Below, one piece after another: positions 21,172 to 30,982 of a stretch of DNA of 64,000 nt. Under the pieces are notes generated by a model. It was not told the origin of the DNA. It made no database searches and saw only the letters and a list, made by a program, of their open reading frames with translations. Positions within the stretch are counted from its first letter, which is position 1. The number at the start of each line of letters is the position of its first letter. This DNA comes from an uncultured Actinomycetota bacterium (lineage in GTDB: Bacteria > Actinomycetota > Actinomycetes > JAFAQI01). The DNA lies in the NCBI GenBank assembly GCA_963770565.1, contig CAVYQE010000011.1:64001-128000 (forward strand), written 5' to 3'. A program made the position numbers and the translations under genes.

Positions 21172-22968
21172 GAGACTCCTGAATAAAGCGCGTGCCGGTT
21201 CGCCGGTCGCGGGGCGGGGTTCGGGAGAATCTGTGAGTGCTGGGACGTAGCGAGGATCAGCGGGATCTGTTGGATGTTGAGTCGGTGGCGGGGCATCTGC
21301 TGAAACCGGGCAGTGTGTTCGCGTTTCTGGCTGAGCATCGCCGGGAGTTGTTCCCGGAGGAGTTGTTCACTGACTTGTTTCCGTCCTCGCGGGGCCGGCC
21401 GTCGGTCCCAGCTGAGGTGATGGCGACGGTGATCATGTTGCAGGCGCTCAACGGCCTGTCGGATTCCGAGACCGTCGATGCGGTGACGTTCGATCTGCGC
21501 TGGAAGGCAGCGGTCGGGTGGCCGATCGATGAGGCGGCGTTTCACTCGACGACATTGACGTATTGGCGTCGCCGGCTGGCCGCGTCGGATCGACCGAACC
21601 GGATCTTCGACGCGGTCAAAGACGTTGTCGCGCGGACCGGGGTGCTCAAGGGAAAGACCCGCAGGGCGTTGGACTCCACCGTGCTCGATGACGCGGTCGC
21701 CACCCAGGACACGGTGACACAGCTGATCGCCGCTATCCGCCGGGTCCGCCGGGTCGTGCCTGACGCCGTCGAGGTGGTCACCGAGTGGTGCACCGCGCAT
21801 GACTACGACGATCCCGGTAAGCCCTCGATCGCGTGGGATGACACCGAGGCCCGCGCCCGCCTCGTCGACGCCCTGGTCGGTGACGCGCTGCGACTGCTCG
21901 GGCATCTACCGGAGACCGAGCACGGTCCCGAGGCGGCGGAGGCGTTGGCGTTGCTGGCGTTGATCGCCGGGCAGGACGTCGAACCCGTCACCGGCGGTGA
22001 CGGCACCGACGGTCGCTGGCGGATCCGTCAAGGAGTCGCGAAAGACCGGGTGATCAGCGTCGTGGACCCTGACGCCCGCCACGCCCACAAGACCGTGTCG
22101 CGGCGTCAGGACGGTTTCAAGGCGCACCTCGCGGTCGAGCCTGACACCGGCCTGGTCACCGGGTGTGAGCTGACGAAAGCCGCCGGTGCGGAGACCTCGG
22201 ACGCCACGGTAGGGGTTGACCTGCTCACCCGCGACGACACGCTCGATGCCGCCGGTGGGGACGTCGAGGTGCTGGGCGACAGCGCCTATGGCACCGGGGA
22301 CGCACTCGCCGCGATCCTCGGCGCCGGGCACGTCCCGCTGGTCAAGCCGTGGCCCACAAAACCCGCCGTTCCCGGCGGTCTGGACATCGATGAGTTCACC
22401 GTCGACGAGGCAACCGGGACAGCGACCTGCCCGGCCGGGATCACCCGCCGAATCCCCCCAACCCGGCACGTGATGTTCGGCGCCGCCTGCCGTGACTGCC
22501 CGTTGCGGGCGCGGTGCACCACCGCCCGAAAGGGCCGGATGCTGACCCTGCACGACCACGACGCGCTGCAACGCGAACACCGCCAGCGGGCGAAAGACCC
22601 GCAGTGGCAAGCCGACTACCGCCAACACCGGCCGATGGTCGAACGCTCCATCGCCTGGCTCGTCCGAGGACCGAACCGCAAACTGCGCTACCGCGGCGTC
22701 ACGAAGAACAACCAGTGGCTCCACACCCGCGCGGCCGGGCTGAATCTCCGCCGGCTTATCAGCCTCGGATTGGACCACAGCAACGGAAACTGGGTCATCG
22801 CCTAACAGCGAAACCACACCCTTGCGAGCCCGCACCACCGAGCGCCAGAATGACACCGACGCGCCGGGCAAGCTCGTCGTCCAACCACGGTTGCGACTCG
22901 CGGCACCGACCGCTCATTGAGACACCCGGCGCGTCACCTTCCCGCAGAGGTCCTTATTCAGGAGTCTC
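21172..22968 (+). mobile_element. Insertion sequence, IS1182 family (1797 bp)
   Basis: Perfect 15-bp terminal IRs GAGACTCCTGAATAA / TTATTCAGGAGTCTC flanked by CTAG repeats (21168-21171, 22969-22972); one transposase. Confidence 0.92.
21237..22805 (+). CDS. IS1182 family DDE transposase
   Basis: GRPSVP...LSDSE (DUF772-like), ALDST, VDPDARH, GFKAH, GDSAYG, CRDCPLRARC, YRQHRPMVER. Confidence 0.93.
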   Translation: MLGRSEDQRDLLDVESVAGHLLKPGSVFAFLAEHRRELFPEELFTDLFPSSRGRPSVPAEVMATVIMLQALNGLSDSETVDAVTFDLRWKAAVGWPIDEAAFHSTTLTYWRRRLAASDRPNRIFDAVKDVVARTGVLKGKTRRALDSTVLDDAVATQDTVTQLIAAIRRVRRVVPDAVEVVTEWCTAHDYDDPGKPSIAWDDTEARARLVDALVGDALRLLGHLPETEHGPEAAEALALLALIAGQDVEPVTGGDGTDGRWRIRQGVAKDRVISVVDPDARHAHKTVSRRQDGFKAHLAVEPDTGLVTGCELTKAAGAETSDATVGVDLLTRDDTLDAAGGDVEVLGDSAYGTGDALAAILGAGHVPLVKPWPTKPAVPGGLDIDEFTVDEATGTATCPAGITRRIPPTRHVMFGAACRDCPLRARCTTARKGRMLTLHDHDALQREHRQRAKDPQWQADYRQHRPMVERSIAWLVRGPNRKLRYRGVTKNNQWLHTRAAGLNLRRLISLGLDHSNGNWVIA

Positions 22969-24423
22969 CTAGGGCGAGGGGGCGCGATCGAGATAGCGCA
23001 ATGCGCTGCGCGCGGCGTGATATCCGGACATTCCGTGTACGCCAGCACCTGGTGGCGTTGACGCGGAGCACAGGTAGACGCCCGGAATGCCGGTGAAGTA
23101 CGGATCCGGTGCGAGCCGGGGTCGTACGACGAGCTGCCGCCCGTTGTTCGCGCCGCCGGCGATGTCACCGCCGACGTAGTTCGGGTTGCCGTTTTCGAGC
23201 CCGGCCGGGGAGGTGATGTGCCGACCGACGATCCGGTCGCGCAGGCCCGGGGCAAACCGCTCGATCTGATCGAGGATCGGGTCGGTCGCGTCGTGCGGAT
23301 AGCCGTGGGGCACGTGGGCGTAGGCCCAGATCGGATGGACGTCGCCGGCCGAGCGGGACGGGTCAGCGAGGTACTGCTGGGCGACCAGGACGAACGGGCG
23401 GGCGGGCATCTCGCCGCGGGCCACCGTGGCTTCGGCCTCGACGATCTCCGCGAGCGATCCGCCGACGTGCACCACACCCGCCTTGCGGCACGACGGCGCG
23501 CGCCAGGGGATGCCGCCCTGGACCGCGAGATCGACCTTGAACGCGCCGGGGCCGTGCCGCCACCGCCGATAGGCCCGCCGGATCCGGGGCGGGAGCTGGT
23601 CGCCGGCGATGTCCCGGAACGCGCCGGGGGTGGTGTCGAACAGTCGTACCCCGGCGTCCGGAAGGTCGGCGAGCGAGGTGACTCGTACGCCGGTCTCGAT
23701 GGTGCCGCCGAGCGAGCCGAGATAACCGGCCAGCGCGGTGGCAATTGCCTGCGACCCGCCGGCCGCGACCGGCCAGCCGACGTGATGGCAGGCAGCGACG
23801 AGCACCACACCTGCCGACCCGGATGCCGGCGCGGTCAGCGGGGCCACCAGGTGCGCGGCCGAGCCGGCAAACAGCGCACGGGCTTGCTCGGTCCGGAACC
23901 GGCGCGCCAGCATGGTGGCCGGCAACAACCCGCGCTGGCCGAATCGGGCGAGATCGACGACGTGTCCGGGCCGATGCGCCAGCGGTTGCATGAGCTCTTC
24001 GGCGAGGGTCGCGAAGTGCGCCGCGAGCGGGCCGAAGGTGCGCCGCCAGGCCGGGCCGTCATCGCCCAGCCCGGCCACCGTGTCGTCAATCGACCGGACC
24101 ATCGACACCGCCCGGTCGCCGTCGAGCGGGTGGGCCAGATCAACCGCCGGCCAGCGCCACTCGAGCCCGTGCTCGGCGAGCGGCAGCGAGGTGAACAACG
24201 GTGAGGATGCGGCGAGTGGGTGGACCGCGGAGCAGATGTCGTGTCGTACGCCGGGCACGGTGAGCTCGGCGGTGCGGGTGCCGCCACCGATCTGCTCGGC
24301 GGCCTCGACTACGGTGACCGACAGTCCGGCGCGGGCCAGGGTCACTGCGGCTGCGAGCCCGTTCGGACCGGCGCCGACCACGACCGCGTCGATGGATGCC
24401 TCCCTTCGGGCGGTGCTCACCAT
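22969..24423 (-). CDS. Phytoene desaturase-like NAD(P)/FAD-dependent oxidoreductase (COG1233)
   Basis: VVGAGPNGLAAA, HDICSAVHP, LCSASTPPGAGVHGMSGYHAA. Confidence 0.88.
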   Translation of the reverse strand: MVSTARREASIDAVVVGAGPNGLAAAVTLARAGLSVTVVEAAEQIGGGTRTAELTVPGVRHDICSAVHPLAASSPLFTSLPLAEHGLEWRWPAVDLAHPLDGDRAVSMVRSIDDTVAGLGDDGPAWRRTFGPLAAHFATLAEELMQPLAHRPGHVVDLARFGQRGLLPATMLARRFRTEQARALFAGSAAHLVAPLTAPASGSAGVVLVAACHHVGWPVAAGGSQAIATALAGYLGSLGGTIETGVRVTSLADLPDAGVRLFDTTPGAFRDIAGDQLPPRIRRAYRRWRHGPGAFKVDLAVQGGIPWRAPSCRKAGVVHVGGSLAEIVEAEATVARGEMPARPFVLVAQQYLADPSRSAGDVHPIWAYAHVPHGYPHDATDPILDQIERFAPGLRDRIVGRHITSPAGLENGNPNYVGGDIAGGANNGRQLVVRPRLAPDPYFTGIPGVYLCSASTPPGAGVHGMSGYHAARSALRYLDRAPSP

Positions 24424-24440
24424 ACTTAGGATGTGGCGTT

Positions 24441-25802
24441 GTGACCGCGATCGAGGAACGCATGCGGGTGGCGGTCGTCGGCGCGGGTCCGGCCGGGATC
24501 TACGTCGCGGCCGCGCTGGTCGACCAGACCGACGTACCGGTGTCCGTCGACATCTACGACCGGTTGCCGACCCCGTTCGGCCTGCTGCGCTACGGCGTCG
24601 CTCCCGACCATCTGAAGATGAAGGCGCTCGGGGTGACCTTGCAGCGCACCCTCGACCACGAGCACGTGCGCTTCTTCGGCAACGTGACGGTCGGCGTCGA
24701 GGTGACCGTCGAGGAGTTGCTCGCCGACTACCACGCCGTGGTCTATTCGTACGGCGCCGCCACCGACCGGCGGCTCGGAATCCCGGGCGAAGGCTTGCCG
24801 GGCAGCCTGTCCGCCCGCGAGTTCGTCAATTGGTACTGCGATGAACCGGACGCGAGTGTCGGCGGGTTCGATCTCAGCGCCCGCAGCGCGGCTGTCATCG
24901 GCCTCGGCAACGTCGCCCTGGACGCGGCCCGGATCCTGATCCGTGACCCGGAGGAGATGTCGCCGACGGATGTCAGCGATGCGGTCCTCAACGCGTTGCG
25001 GGCCTCGCCGATCACCGATGTGCACATCGTCGGCCGCCGTGGCCCCGAGCACGCGAAGTTCACCACGAAGGAGCTCCGTGAGCTCGGCGAGCTCGATGGG
25101 GTGGATGTGGTGGTCGATCCGGCCGCACTGGATGGAATCGGAGAGATCGCCGACACCGTTGTACGCCGCAACGTCGAGGTCTTCCGTGGTTGGTCGCAAC
25201 GGTCGCTGACCCACGCACCTCGGCGGGTGCACCTGCATTTCCACTCCCGGCCGATCGCCGTCCTGGGCACCGAGTCGGTCGAGGGCCTGCGGGTCGAGCA
25301 CCCGGACGGGAGCACCGAGGACATCGAGGCTCAGCTGGTCCTGCGGTCGGCCGGCTACACCGGCGTCGCACTCGAGGGCCTGCCGTTCGACGAGGAGTCC
25401 GGGACCCTGGCGGTCGTCGACCACCGGGTCCAGCGGGAGTCCGGTGCGCCGGGGGAGTATGCCTGCGGCTGGATCAAGCGCGGTGCGACCGGGGTCATCG
25501 GCACCAACCGGTCCGACGCGACCGCAACGGTCCGGGTGATCATTGCCGACGCCGAGACCCTGCTCAACCGGCCGGTCGAGCCCGGGAGCGCACTCGGCGC
25601 GGCGGTGGCGCGCGGCGCCCACCCGGTCGGGCTCGACGGCTGGGCCGCGATCGACGCTGCCGAGGTTGCACTCGGGGCCGGCCGAAACAGCCCGCGGATC
25701 AAGCTCTCGCGCTGGGAGGAGCTGCTCGCCGCGTCCGGCGTGCTAGCCGTGGGCCACCTTGAGGACATTGACGGCGCGGGCGATGACGAGGCCGAGGGTT
25801 GA
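24441..25802 (+). CDS. Ferredoxin/adrenodoxin-NADP+ reductase (FprA-like)
   Basis: VAVVGAGPAG, PFGLLRYGVAPDH, GLGNVALDAAR, GWIKRGATGVIGTN; alternative start ATG 24462. Confidence 0.9.
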   Translation: MTAIEERMRVAVVGAGPAGIYVAAALVDQTDVPVSVDIYDRLPTPFGLLRYGVAPDHLKMKALGVTLQRTLDHEHVRFFGNVTVGVEVTVEELLADYHAVVYSYGAATDRRLGIPGEGLPGSLSAREFVNWYCDEPDASVGGFDLSARSAAVIGLGNVALDAARILIRDPEEMSPTDVSDAVLNALRASPITDVHIVGRRGPEHAKFTTKELRELGELDGVDVVVDPAALDGIGEIADTVVRRNVEVFRGWSQRSLTHAPRRVHLHFHSRPIAVLGTESVEGLRVEHPDGSTEDIEAQLVLRSAGYTGVALEGLPFDEESGTLAVVDHRVQRESGAPGEYACGWIKRGATGVIGTNRSDATATVRVIIADAETLLNRPVEPGSALGAAVARGAHPVGLDGWAAIDAAEVALGAGRNSPRIKLSRWEELLAASGVLAVGHLEDIDGAGDDEAEG

Positions 25803-26522
25803 CAGTGCAACCAGGCTCTGGACCGCCATCAGGGCCTTGACCCCGCGGCCGAGTGGGAGCGTGTCGGTGGGTGAGAACGCGACCACGTTGGTGAAGCTGA
25901 CGTACAGGTAGTCGAGGAAGCGCGGCTCCCAGTCGGCCGGCGCCAGCTCCGGGTTCGTCATCTGCGGGAACATGAAGTCCGGGTGCGGGTCGGATCCCTC
26001 GGTGCGCGCGAACGGCCCGCCCCGGTCGATCTCCCAGTACCAGAGCCCGAAGGCGATCATGTTCGTCAGGTAGATCGCCGACCCGCTCGCCAGCAGGCCG
26101 GTCGGGTCGTTGCTCGCGCTGCCGTTGAGGATGTCGTGGTCGAGCAGGACCGCGCTGATGATGTTGTCGGCCGTGATGAGCGCGACCATCAGCAGCGCGC
26201 CGTACCGGCCGAACGCGGTCCGGCGGGTCAGCCGGACCGGGTTGAGAATGGTGAGCGCGATCAACAGCGCCAACTCCATGCCGGGCAGGACCCAGCGCGG
26301 GTGCAGGCCGTACCTCTCCGGCAACGACAGCTGCAGGACGATTGCCACCGCGATCGCCGCTCCGGCGGGGAGCCGGTTCTCCGCATCGGTCGGGCGCAGC
26401 CAGGCCGGCACGAAGCGGTCTTCGGCGTGCCTGATGTCGGTTTCGACCCGGTCGGTCAGCCAGCGACCCTTCCCGCCGGTTTCGGCGCGGGCGCCTGGTG
26501 CGGTATCGGGCGGGTCGGTCAC
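25743..26522 (-). CDS. DUF1345-like membrane protein
   Basis: FGLWYWEIDRGGP, DFMFPQM, DYLYVSFTNVVAFSPTD. Confidence 0.75.
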   Translation of the reverse strand: MTDPPDTAPGARAETGGKGRWLTDRVETDIRHAEDRFVPAWLRPTDAENRLPAGAAIAVAIVLQLSLPERYGLHPRWVLPGMELALLIALTILNPVRLTRRTAFGRYGALLMVALITADNIISAVLLDHDILNGSASNDPTGLLASGSAIYLTNMIAFGLWYWEIDRGGPFARTEGSDPHPDFMFPQMTNPELAPADWEPRFLDYLYVSFTNVVAFSPTDTLPLGRGVKALMAVQSLVALSTLGLVIARAVNVLKVAHG

Positions 26523-26540
26523 GGTGGGGGGTGCGGAGGT

Positions 26541-26669
26541 CTACTGCGGCTTGGTCTCGGTCGGCCGCGTGGTGGTCGGAATGACGGTCGTGCTGACCGG
26601 AGCCGCCTTGAGCTTGGCGCTCTTCTTCGGCTTCTTTGCCTCGCGGCCGGCCTTGTTCTTGTTGCCCAT
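26541..26669 (-). CDS. Small basic hypothetical protein (42 aa)
   Basis: MGNKNKAGREAKKPKKSAKLK...; AGGAG RBS upstream. Confidence 0.55.
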   Translation of the reverse strand: MGNKNKAGREAKKPKKSAKLKAAPVSTTVIPTTTRPTETKPQ

Positions 26670-26811
26670 CGCACGGGCTCCTGTTCTTGTTGCGGCGATG
26701 CTCATCGCGGGCGTGGCAACGCCGACGGTACGCCGGTTATTGGCATTGGACCATGCCGGCATGCGACTGTAGAGGCTAACGCGCGGCCGATACGGTCGGC
26801 ACAAAGGCAGG

Positions 26812-27756
26812 ATGATGATGCAGACGTTGGACCCGCTCGACCTCATGCGCGAACTGGAACCAACCGTAGAAGCAAACCTCAACCGGCACCTGTCCATCGC
26901 CCAGGAGTGGATGCCGCACGAGTACGTGCCGTGGCGGCTCGGCCGTGACTTCGTCGGTCCCGACGGCGCGGCCTGGTCGGCCGATCAGTCCAGCCTGTCG
27001 CGGGAGGCCCAGATCTCCTTCGAGGTCAACCTGCTGACCGAGGACAACCTGCCGAGCTACCACCACGAGATCGCCACCGTCTTCGGCCGAGACGGTGCGT
27101 GGGGGACCTGGGTGCACCGCTGGACCGCGGAAGAGGGCCGGCATGCCTGCTGCATCCGCGACTACCTCCTGGTGACCCGGGCGGTCGACCCGATCACGCT
27201 CGAGCGCGACCGGATGGCGACGATGGAGGTCGGCTACTCCGCCGAGGGCAAGGGCCTAACCCGCGTGCTCGCCTACGTCAGCTTCCAGGAGCTCGCGACC
27301 CGGATCGCCCACCGCAACACCGGTCGGATCGCCGGCGACCCGGTGGCCGACAAGCTGATGGCCCGGATCTCCGCCGACGAGAACCTTCACATGGTCTTCT
27401 ACCGAGACCTGGTCCGCGCCGCGATGGACATCGATCCGGACCAGACCGTGGTCGCGATCGCCGCCGAGGTGCTGGGCTTCCGGATGCCCGGCACCGGCAT
27501 CCCGAACTTCAACCGCAAGAGCGTGCAGATCGCCAAGGCCGGGATCTACAACCTGCGGATCCACCGCGACGAGGTCATCGCCCCGGTGCTGCGGCACTGG
27601 AAGATCTTCGACCTGACCTTCACCTCGCCGGAGGCCCAGCAGGCCCAGGCCAGCCTGGCCGAGCATCTCGACCAGCTCGAGCAGCTCGCCCAGCAGTACG
27701 ACGAGCGGCTCGGAGCCAACCGCGAGCGGATCGCCGCCGGCAACGCCGCGCACTAG
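26812..27756 (+). CDS. Acyl-ACP desaturase (DesA1-like diiron protein)
   Basis: LTEDNLPSY, WTAEEGRH, FQELATRIAH, DENLH diiron motifs. Confidence 0.93.
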   Translation: MMMQTLDPLDLMRELEPTVEANLNRHLSIAQEWMPHEYVPWRLGRDFVGPDGAAWSADQSSLSREAQISFEVNLLTEDNLPSYHHEIATVFGRDGAWGTWVHRWTAEEGRHACCIRDYLLVTRAVDPITLERDRMATMEVGYSAEGKGLTRVLAYVSFQELATRIAHRNTGRIAGDPVADKLMARISADENLHMVFYRDLVRAAMDIDPDQTVVAIAAEVLGFRMPGTGIPNFNRKSVQIAKAGIYNLRIHRDEVIAPVLRHWKIFDLTFTSPEAQQAQASLAEHLDQLEQLAQQYDERLGANRERIAAGNAAH

Positions 27757-28181
27757 TGCCCGACGGCGACTGGCGGCTCGAGTCGAGCTGCGCCGGGGTC
27801 GACTGGGCGAGGGCCCGCGCCGATCTCGTCGCCGACGACTTCGACAACGGCCGGAACCCGGCCGCGCTCAGGCGATCGTTCGAAAACTCCCCGCACGTCG
27901 TGATCGCCTGGGCGGGTGATCACGTGGTCGGGATGGCCCGGTTGCTCTCCGATGGCGTGTGCAACGCCTATCTGCTCGACGTGTGGACGCATTCGTCCTG
28001 GCGCCGGCGGGGGATCGGCACGGCGATGGTGCGCCGACTGATCGAGGCGGTGCCCGGCCAGCACGTGGGGTGGCAGACCGACTCGGCGACCGACTTCTAC
28101 CTCGCGCTCGGCGCGAGATTCCAGCCGCAGTTCATGTCGATCGGGTCCGGCGAGTGGCTCGACAACGAGGCCAATCGCTGA
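27756..28181 (+). CDS. GNAT family N-acetyltransferase
   Basis: VGMARLLSDGVCNAYLLDVWT...RRRGIG; GTG overlaps the upstream TAG. Confidence 0.8.
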   Translation: MPDGDWRLESSCAGVDWARARADLVADDFDNGRNPAALRRSFENSPHVVIAWAGDHVVGMARLLSDGVCNAYLLDVWTHSSWRRRGIGTAMVRRLIEAVPGQHVGWQTDSATDFYLALGARFQPQFMSIGSGEWLDNEANR

Positions 28182-28199
28182 GTGCCCCAGCCGGCCGGG

Positions 28200-29411
28200 T
28201 CAGGTGGTGGCGGCGGCCTTCGACGGCCGGTTCGACACCGGCTGGCCCTGGTACCCGCGGGCGACCATCGTGACGTACTGGTAGACCGCGTCCTCCTCCG
28301 GCGAGAGCGGCCCCGGCTTGGCGTGCTCCGAGCTCAGCCCGCGCTGGACCGACTCGCAGGCGTGCCAGTCCTGCCGGTTGGTGATGTCCCAGAAGTCGAC
28401 CGCGTACGACGGGTCGAAACCTTCGCGCTCGACCGCCTCCGGCGCGAACGCCCAGGTGCATTCGATCCGGGTGCGGCCGGCCGCCAGCGGGGTGAGCCGA
28501 TGCACCATCACGTAGTCGGGGTGCAGGCTGATCAGGATGTTCGGGAACACGTTGAGGTAGATCACCGTCCGTAGACCCTTGGCGTCGAGGCCGCGGAGCG
28601 GGACACCGCCGCTTGCGCCGTCGAGCGACATCGTGTCCATGCCCTCGCGCAGATCCATCGTGCCGCCGACCCAGGCGCCGCTGGAGACGTAGTTGTCGCC
28701 GCTCGACGGCGGGCTCACGGCGCACAGCTCCGGGTGGATGACCGGGCAGTGGTAGCACTCGTGGTAGTTCTCGGTGAGGATCTTCCAGTTCGCCGTGGTC
28801 TCGTACTCGTGGCGACCGGCGATCCGCAACCGTTCCATCTCATAGGGCGCAACGATCGGTTCGATGTCGGCGAGGGAGTCCTCGAGGGCCGGCGCCGTTC
28901 CGGAGCCGTCAACGAAGATCAGGCCGTGCCATTCGTGGACCGGCAGCGACACCAAACCCCACGCGTCGCTGTCGAAGCCCTCGCGACCCTTGAAGCCCTT
29001 GGCCGCCCGCAATTCACCAGACAGCTCGTAGCCCCAGGAGTGGTAGGGGCAGGCGATCACGCGGCGGTTGATCGATGCGCCGCAGCCGAGCAGCTCGTGC
29101 CCGCGGTGCCGGCAGAAGTTGGCGAAGCAGCGCAGCACGCCGTCGTCACCGCGGACCAGCAGGACCCCGGCCGGGCCGACCGCCTCGGCGCGTTGGTCGC
29201 CGGGAGCCGCGACATCCTCGCTCCGGCCGACACACATCCACCCGCCGCCGAAGAAGTTGTGCTTCTCCCACTCGAAGACGGACTCGTCGACGTACGCCGC
29301 CCGAGGCAACATCCGGCTTTCACCGAACGGCAGCAGCGATTCGGCCAGCGCGGCCGGATCGATCGGGGCGGGGTCCACGGACCTGGTACGAGCGCCGTTC
29401 TGACTGACCAT
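28200..29411 (-). CDS. Rieske non-heme iron oxygenase alpha subunit (betaine/choline monooxygenase-like)
   Basis: CRHRGH and CPYHSW Rieske ligands; ENYHECYHCPVIHP; QDWHACESVQRG. Confidence 0.92.
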   Translation of the reverse strand: MVSQNGARTRSVDPAPIDPAALAESLLPFGESRMLPRAAYVDESVFEWEKHNFFGGGWMCVGRSEDVAAPGDQRAEAVGPAGVLLVRGDDGVLRCFANFCRHRGHELLGCGASINRRVIACPYHSWGYELSGELRAAKGFKGREGFDSDAWGLVSLPVHEWHGLIFVDGSGTAPALEDSLADIEPIVAPYEMERLRIAGRHEYETTANWKILTENYHECYHCPVIHPELCAVSPPSSGDNYVSSGAWVGGTMDLREGMDTMSLDGASGGVPLRGLDAKGLRTVIYLNVFPNILISLHPDYVMVHRLTPLAAGRTRIECTWAFAPEAVEREGFDPSYAVDFWDITNRQDWHACESVQRGLSSEHAKPGPLSPEEDAVYQYVTMVARGYQGQPVSNRPSKAAATT

Positions 29412-29419
29412 ACAGTCAG
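29400..29419. promoter_or_regulatory. TetR-type operator copy 1 (CTGACTG-N6-CAGTCAG)
   Basis: Palindrome overlapping the Rieske start codon and its TATCCT -10. Confidence 0.65.
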
Positions 29420-29494
29420 GATAGGCGGTGGCTTCGTACAGTGTCCAGCACCGGTTGTCCGGTGCCGATGCTTGTCAAAGTGTCCTGACTCTTC

Positions 29495-29514
29495 TAGTTT
29501 GAACGTTCAGTCAA
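29495..29514. promoter_or_regulatory. TetR-type operator copy 2 (TAGTTTG-AACGTT-CAGTCAA)
   Basis: Matches copies 3 and 4; upstream of the aminotransferase/ABC operon. Confidence 0.65.
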
Positions 29515-29531
29515 ACCCCACATCGGAGACC

Positions 29532-30953
29532 ATGGTGTCCGTCCAGACCGAACCCGTCCGCGACACCTCCGTGATGCTTGAGCAGATCATCGCCGAGCAG
29601 GAGCGGCGGTTCATCGAACGCCAGCCGCGTTCTGCCGCACTCAGCGCCCGAGCCGCCTCGTCCCTGGCCGGCGGAGTGACCTCCAGCTGGCAGATCACCC
29701 GCCCGCAGGCGGTCTGGCTGGCCGAGGGCTCGGGGTCGAAGATCATCGACGTCGACGGCAACGAATACGTCGATCTGCATGGCGGTTACGGGGCCGCTCT
29801 GGCCGGCCATGCGCACCCCGCGATCGTCGAGGCGGTGCGCGCCCAGGTGGCGCACGGCACCCACTTCGCGCAGCCGACCGAGACCGCGATCGTGGTCGCT
29901 GAGGAGCTCTCCCGCCGGTTCGGCCTGCCGCTCTGGCGGTTCGGCAACTCCGGCACCGAGGCCACGATGGACGCGGTCCACATCATGCGCGCGGTCACCG
30001 GGCGTGACCTGATCATCAAGGTCGAGGGCTGCTACCACGGCCATCACGACTCGGTGCAGGTGTCGGTCACCCCCGAGGAGGACGAGGTCGGCGACGCCGC
30101 GCGACCCAACCAGGTCCCGGCGAGCAGCGGGATCCCGACCGCGATCACGGACCTGACGTTGGTGGTCAGCTTCAACGACCTGCCTGGTCTCGCGTCCCTG
30201 CTCGAGGACTACGACGGCAAGGTCGCCGGCATGATCGTCGAACCGATCATGATGAATGCCGGCATCATCACCCCGGACCCGGGCTACCTTGCCGGCGCCA
30301 AGGAGCTGCTGCACGCGCACGGCGCGCTGCTGGCGTTCGACGAGGTCAAGACCGGCCTCACCGCCGGTCCGTCCGGCGCGACCGGCCTGGTCGGCGTGAC
30401 GCCCGACATCGTCTGCCTGGCCAAGGCGATCGGCGGCGGGGTCGCATCCGCGGCCGTCGGCGGGACCGCTGAGGTCATGGCGCACGTCGCCAACGGCGAC
30501 TACGAGCAGGTCGGCACCTTCAACGGCAACCCGCTCGCGATGGCCGCGACCCGGGCGATGCTGACCGAGGTTGCCACCGACGAGGCATACGCCCGGATCG
30601 ACCGGCTCCGCGGCAAGGTGGTGAGCGAGTTCGAGCGGATCATCACCACCTACGACCTGGACGCGCACGTTGTCGCGGTCGGCGCCAAGGGCTGCGTGGT
30701 CTTCCGCCGCGAGCCGGTTCGCAGCTACCGCGGCTTCCTCGGCATCGACGACCGCTACAACCACGCGCACTGGCTCTACCAGCACAACGGCGGGGTCTTC
30801 CTGCCGCCATGGGGCAAGATCGAGCAATGGCTGATGTCGGTGCAGCACGACGACTCCGACATCGACCGCTTTGTGGGCAACTTCGAACGCTGCGCGGCCG
30901 CCCTCGCCGGCGGTGTTACGCAACCGACGCTTGCGACCGGGGGCACCGCGTAG
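29532..30953 (+). CDS. Class III aminotransferase (glutamate-1-semialdehyde aminomutase-like)
   Basis: NSGTEAT, EGCYHG, FDEVKTG, LAKAIGGG, GTFNGNPLA. Confidence 0.88.
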   Translation: MVSVQTEPVRDTSVMLEQIIAEQERRFIERQPRSAALSARAASSLAGGVTSSWQITRPQAVWLAEGSGSKIIDVDGNEYVDLHGGYGAALAGHAHPAIVEAVRAQVAHGTHFAQPTETAIVVAEELSRRFGLPLWRFGNSGTEATMDAVHIMRAVTGRDLIIKVEGCYHGHHDSVQVSVTPEEDEVGDAARPNQVPASSGIPTAITDLTLVVSFNDLPGLASLLEDYDGKVAGMIVEPIMMNAGIITPDPGYLAGAKELLHAHGALLAFDEVKTGLTAGPSGATGLVGVTPDIVCLAKAIGGGVASAAVGGTAEVMAHVANGDYEQVGTFNGNPLAMAATRAMLTEVATDEAYARIDRLRGKVVSEFERIITTYDLDAHVVAVGAKGCVVFRREPVRSYRGFLGIDDRYNHAHWLYQHNGGVFLPPWGKIEQWLMSVQHDDSDIDRFVGNFERCAAALAGGVTQPTLATGGTA

Positions 30954-30982
30954 TTTCCTAACCCTGCTTCACCGTTGCGTCC

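Noticed and set aside
22969-24423. Carotenoid crtI gene
   Set aside because: Motifs fit the uncharacterised COG1233 branch and there are no crtB/crtE neighbours; the same applies to 36144-37799
25743-25802. 60-bp convergent 3' overlap of two genes
   Set aside because: Short tail overlaps are common in GC-rich genomes; no sign of function
29532-30953. hemL
   Set aside because: No hem context and it lies in the amine-transport regulon; left as a class III aminotransferase
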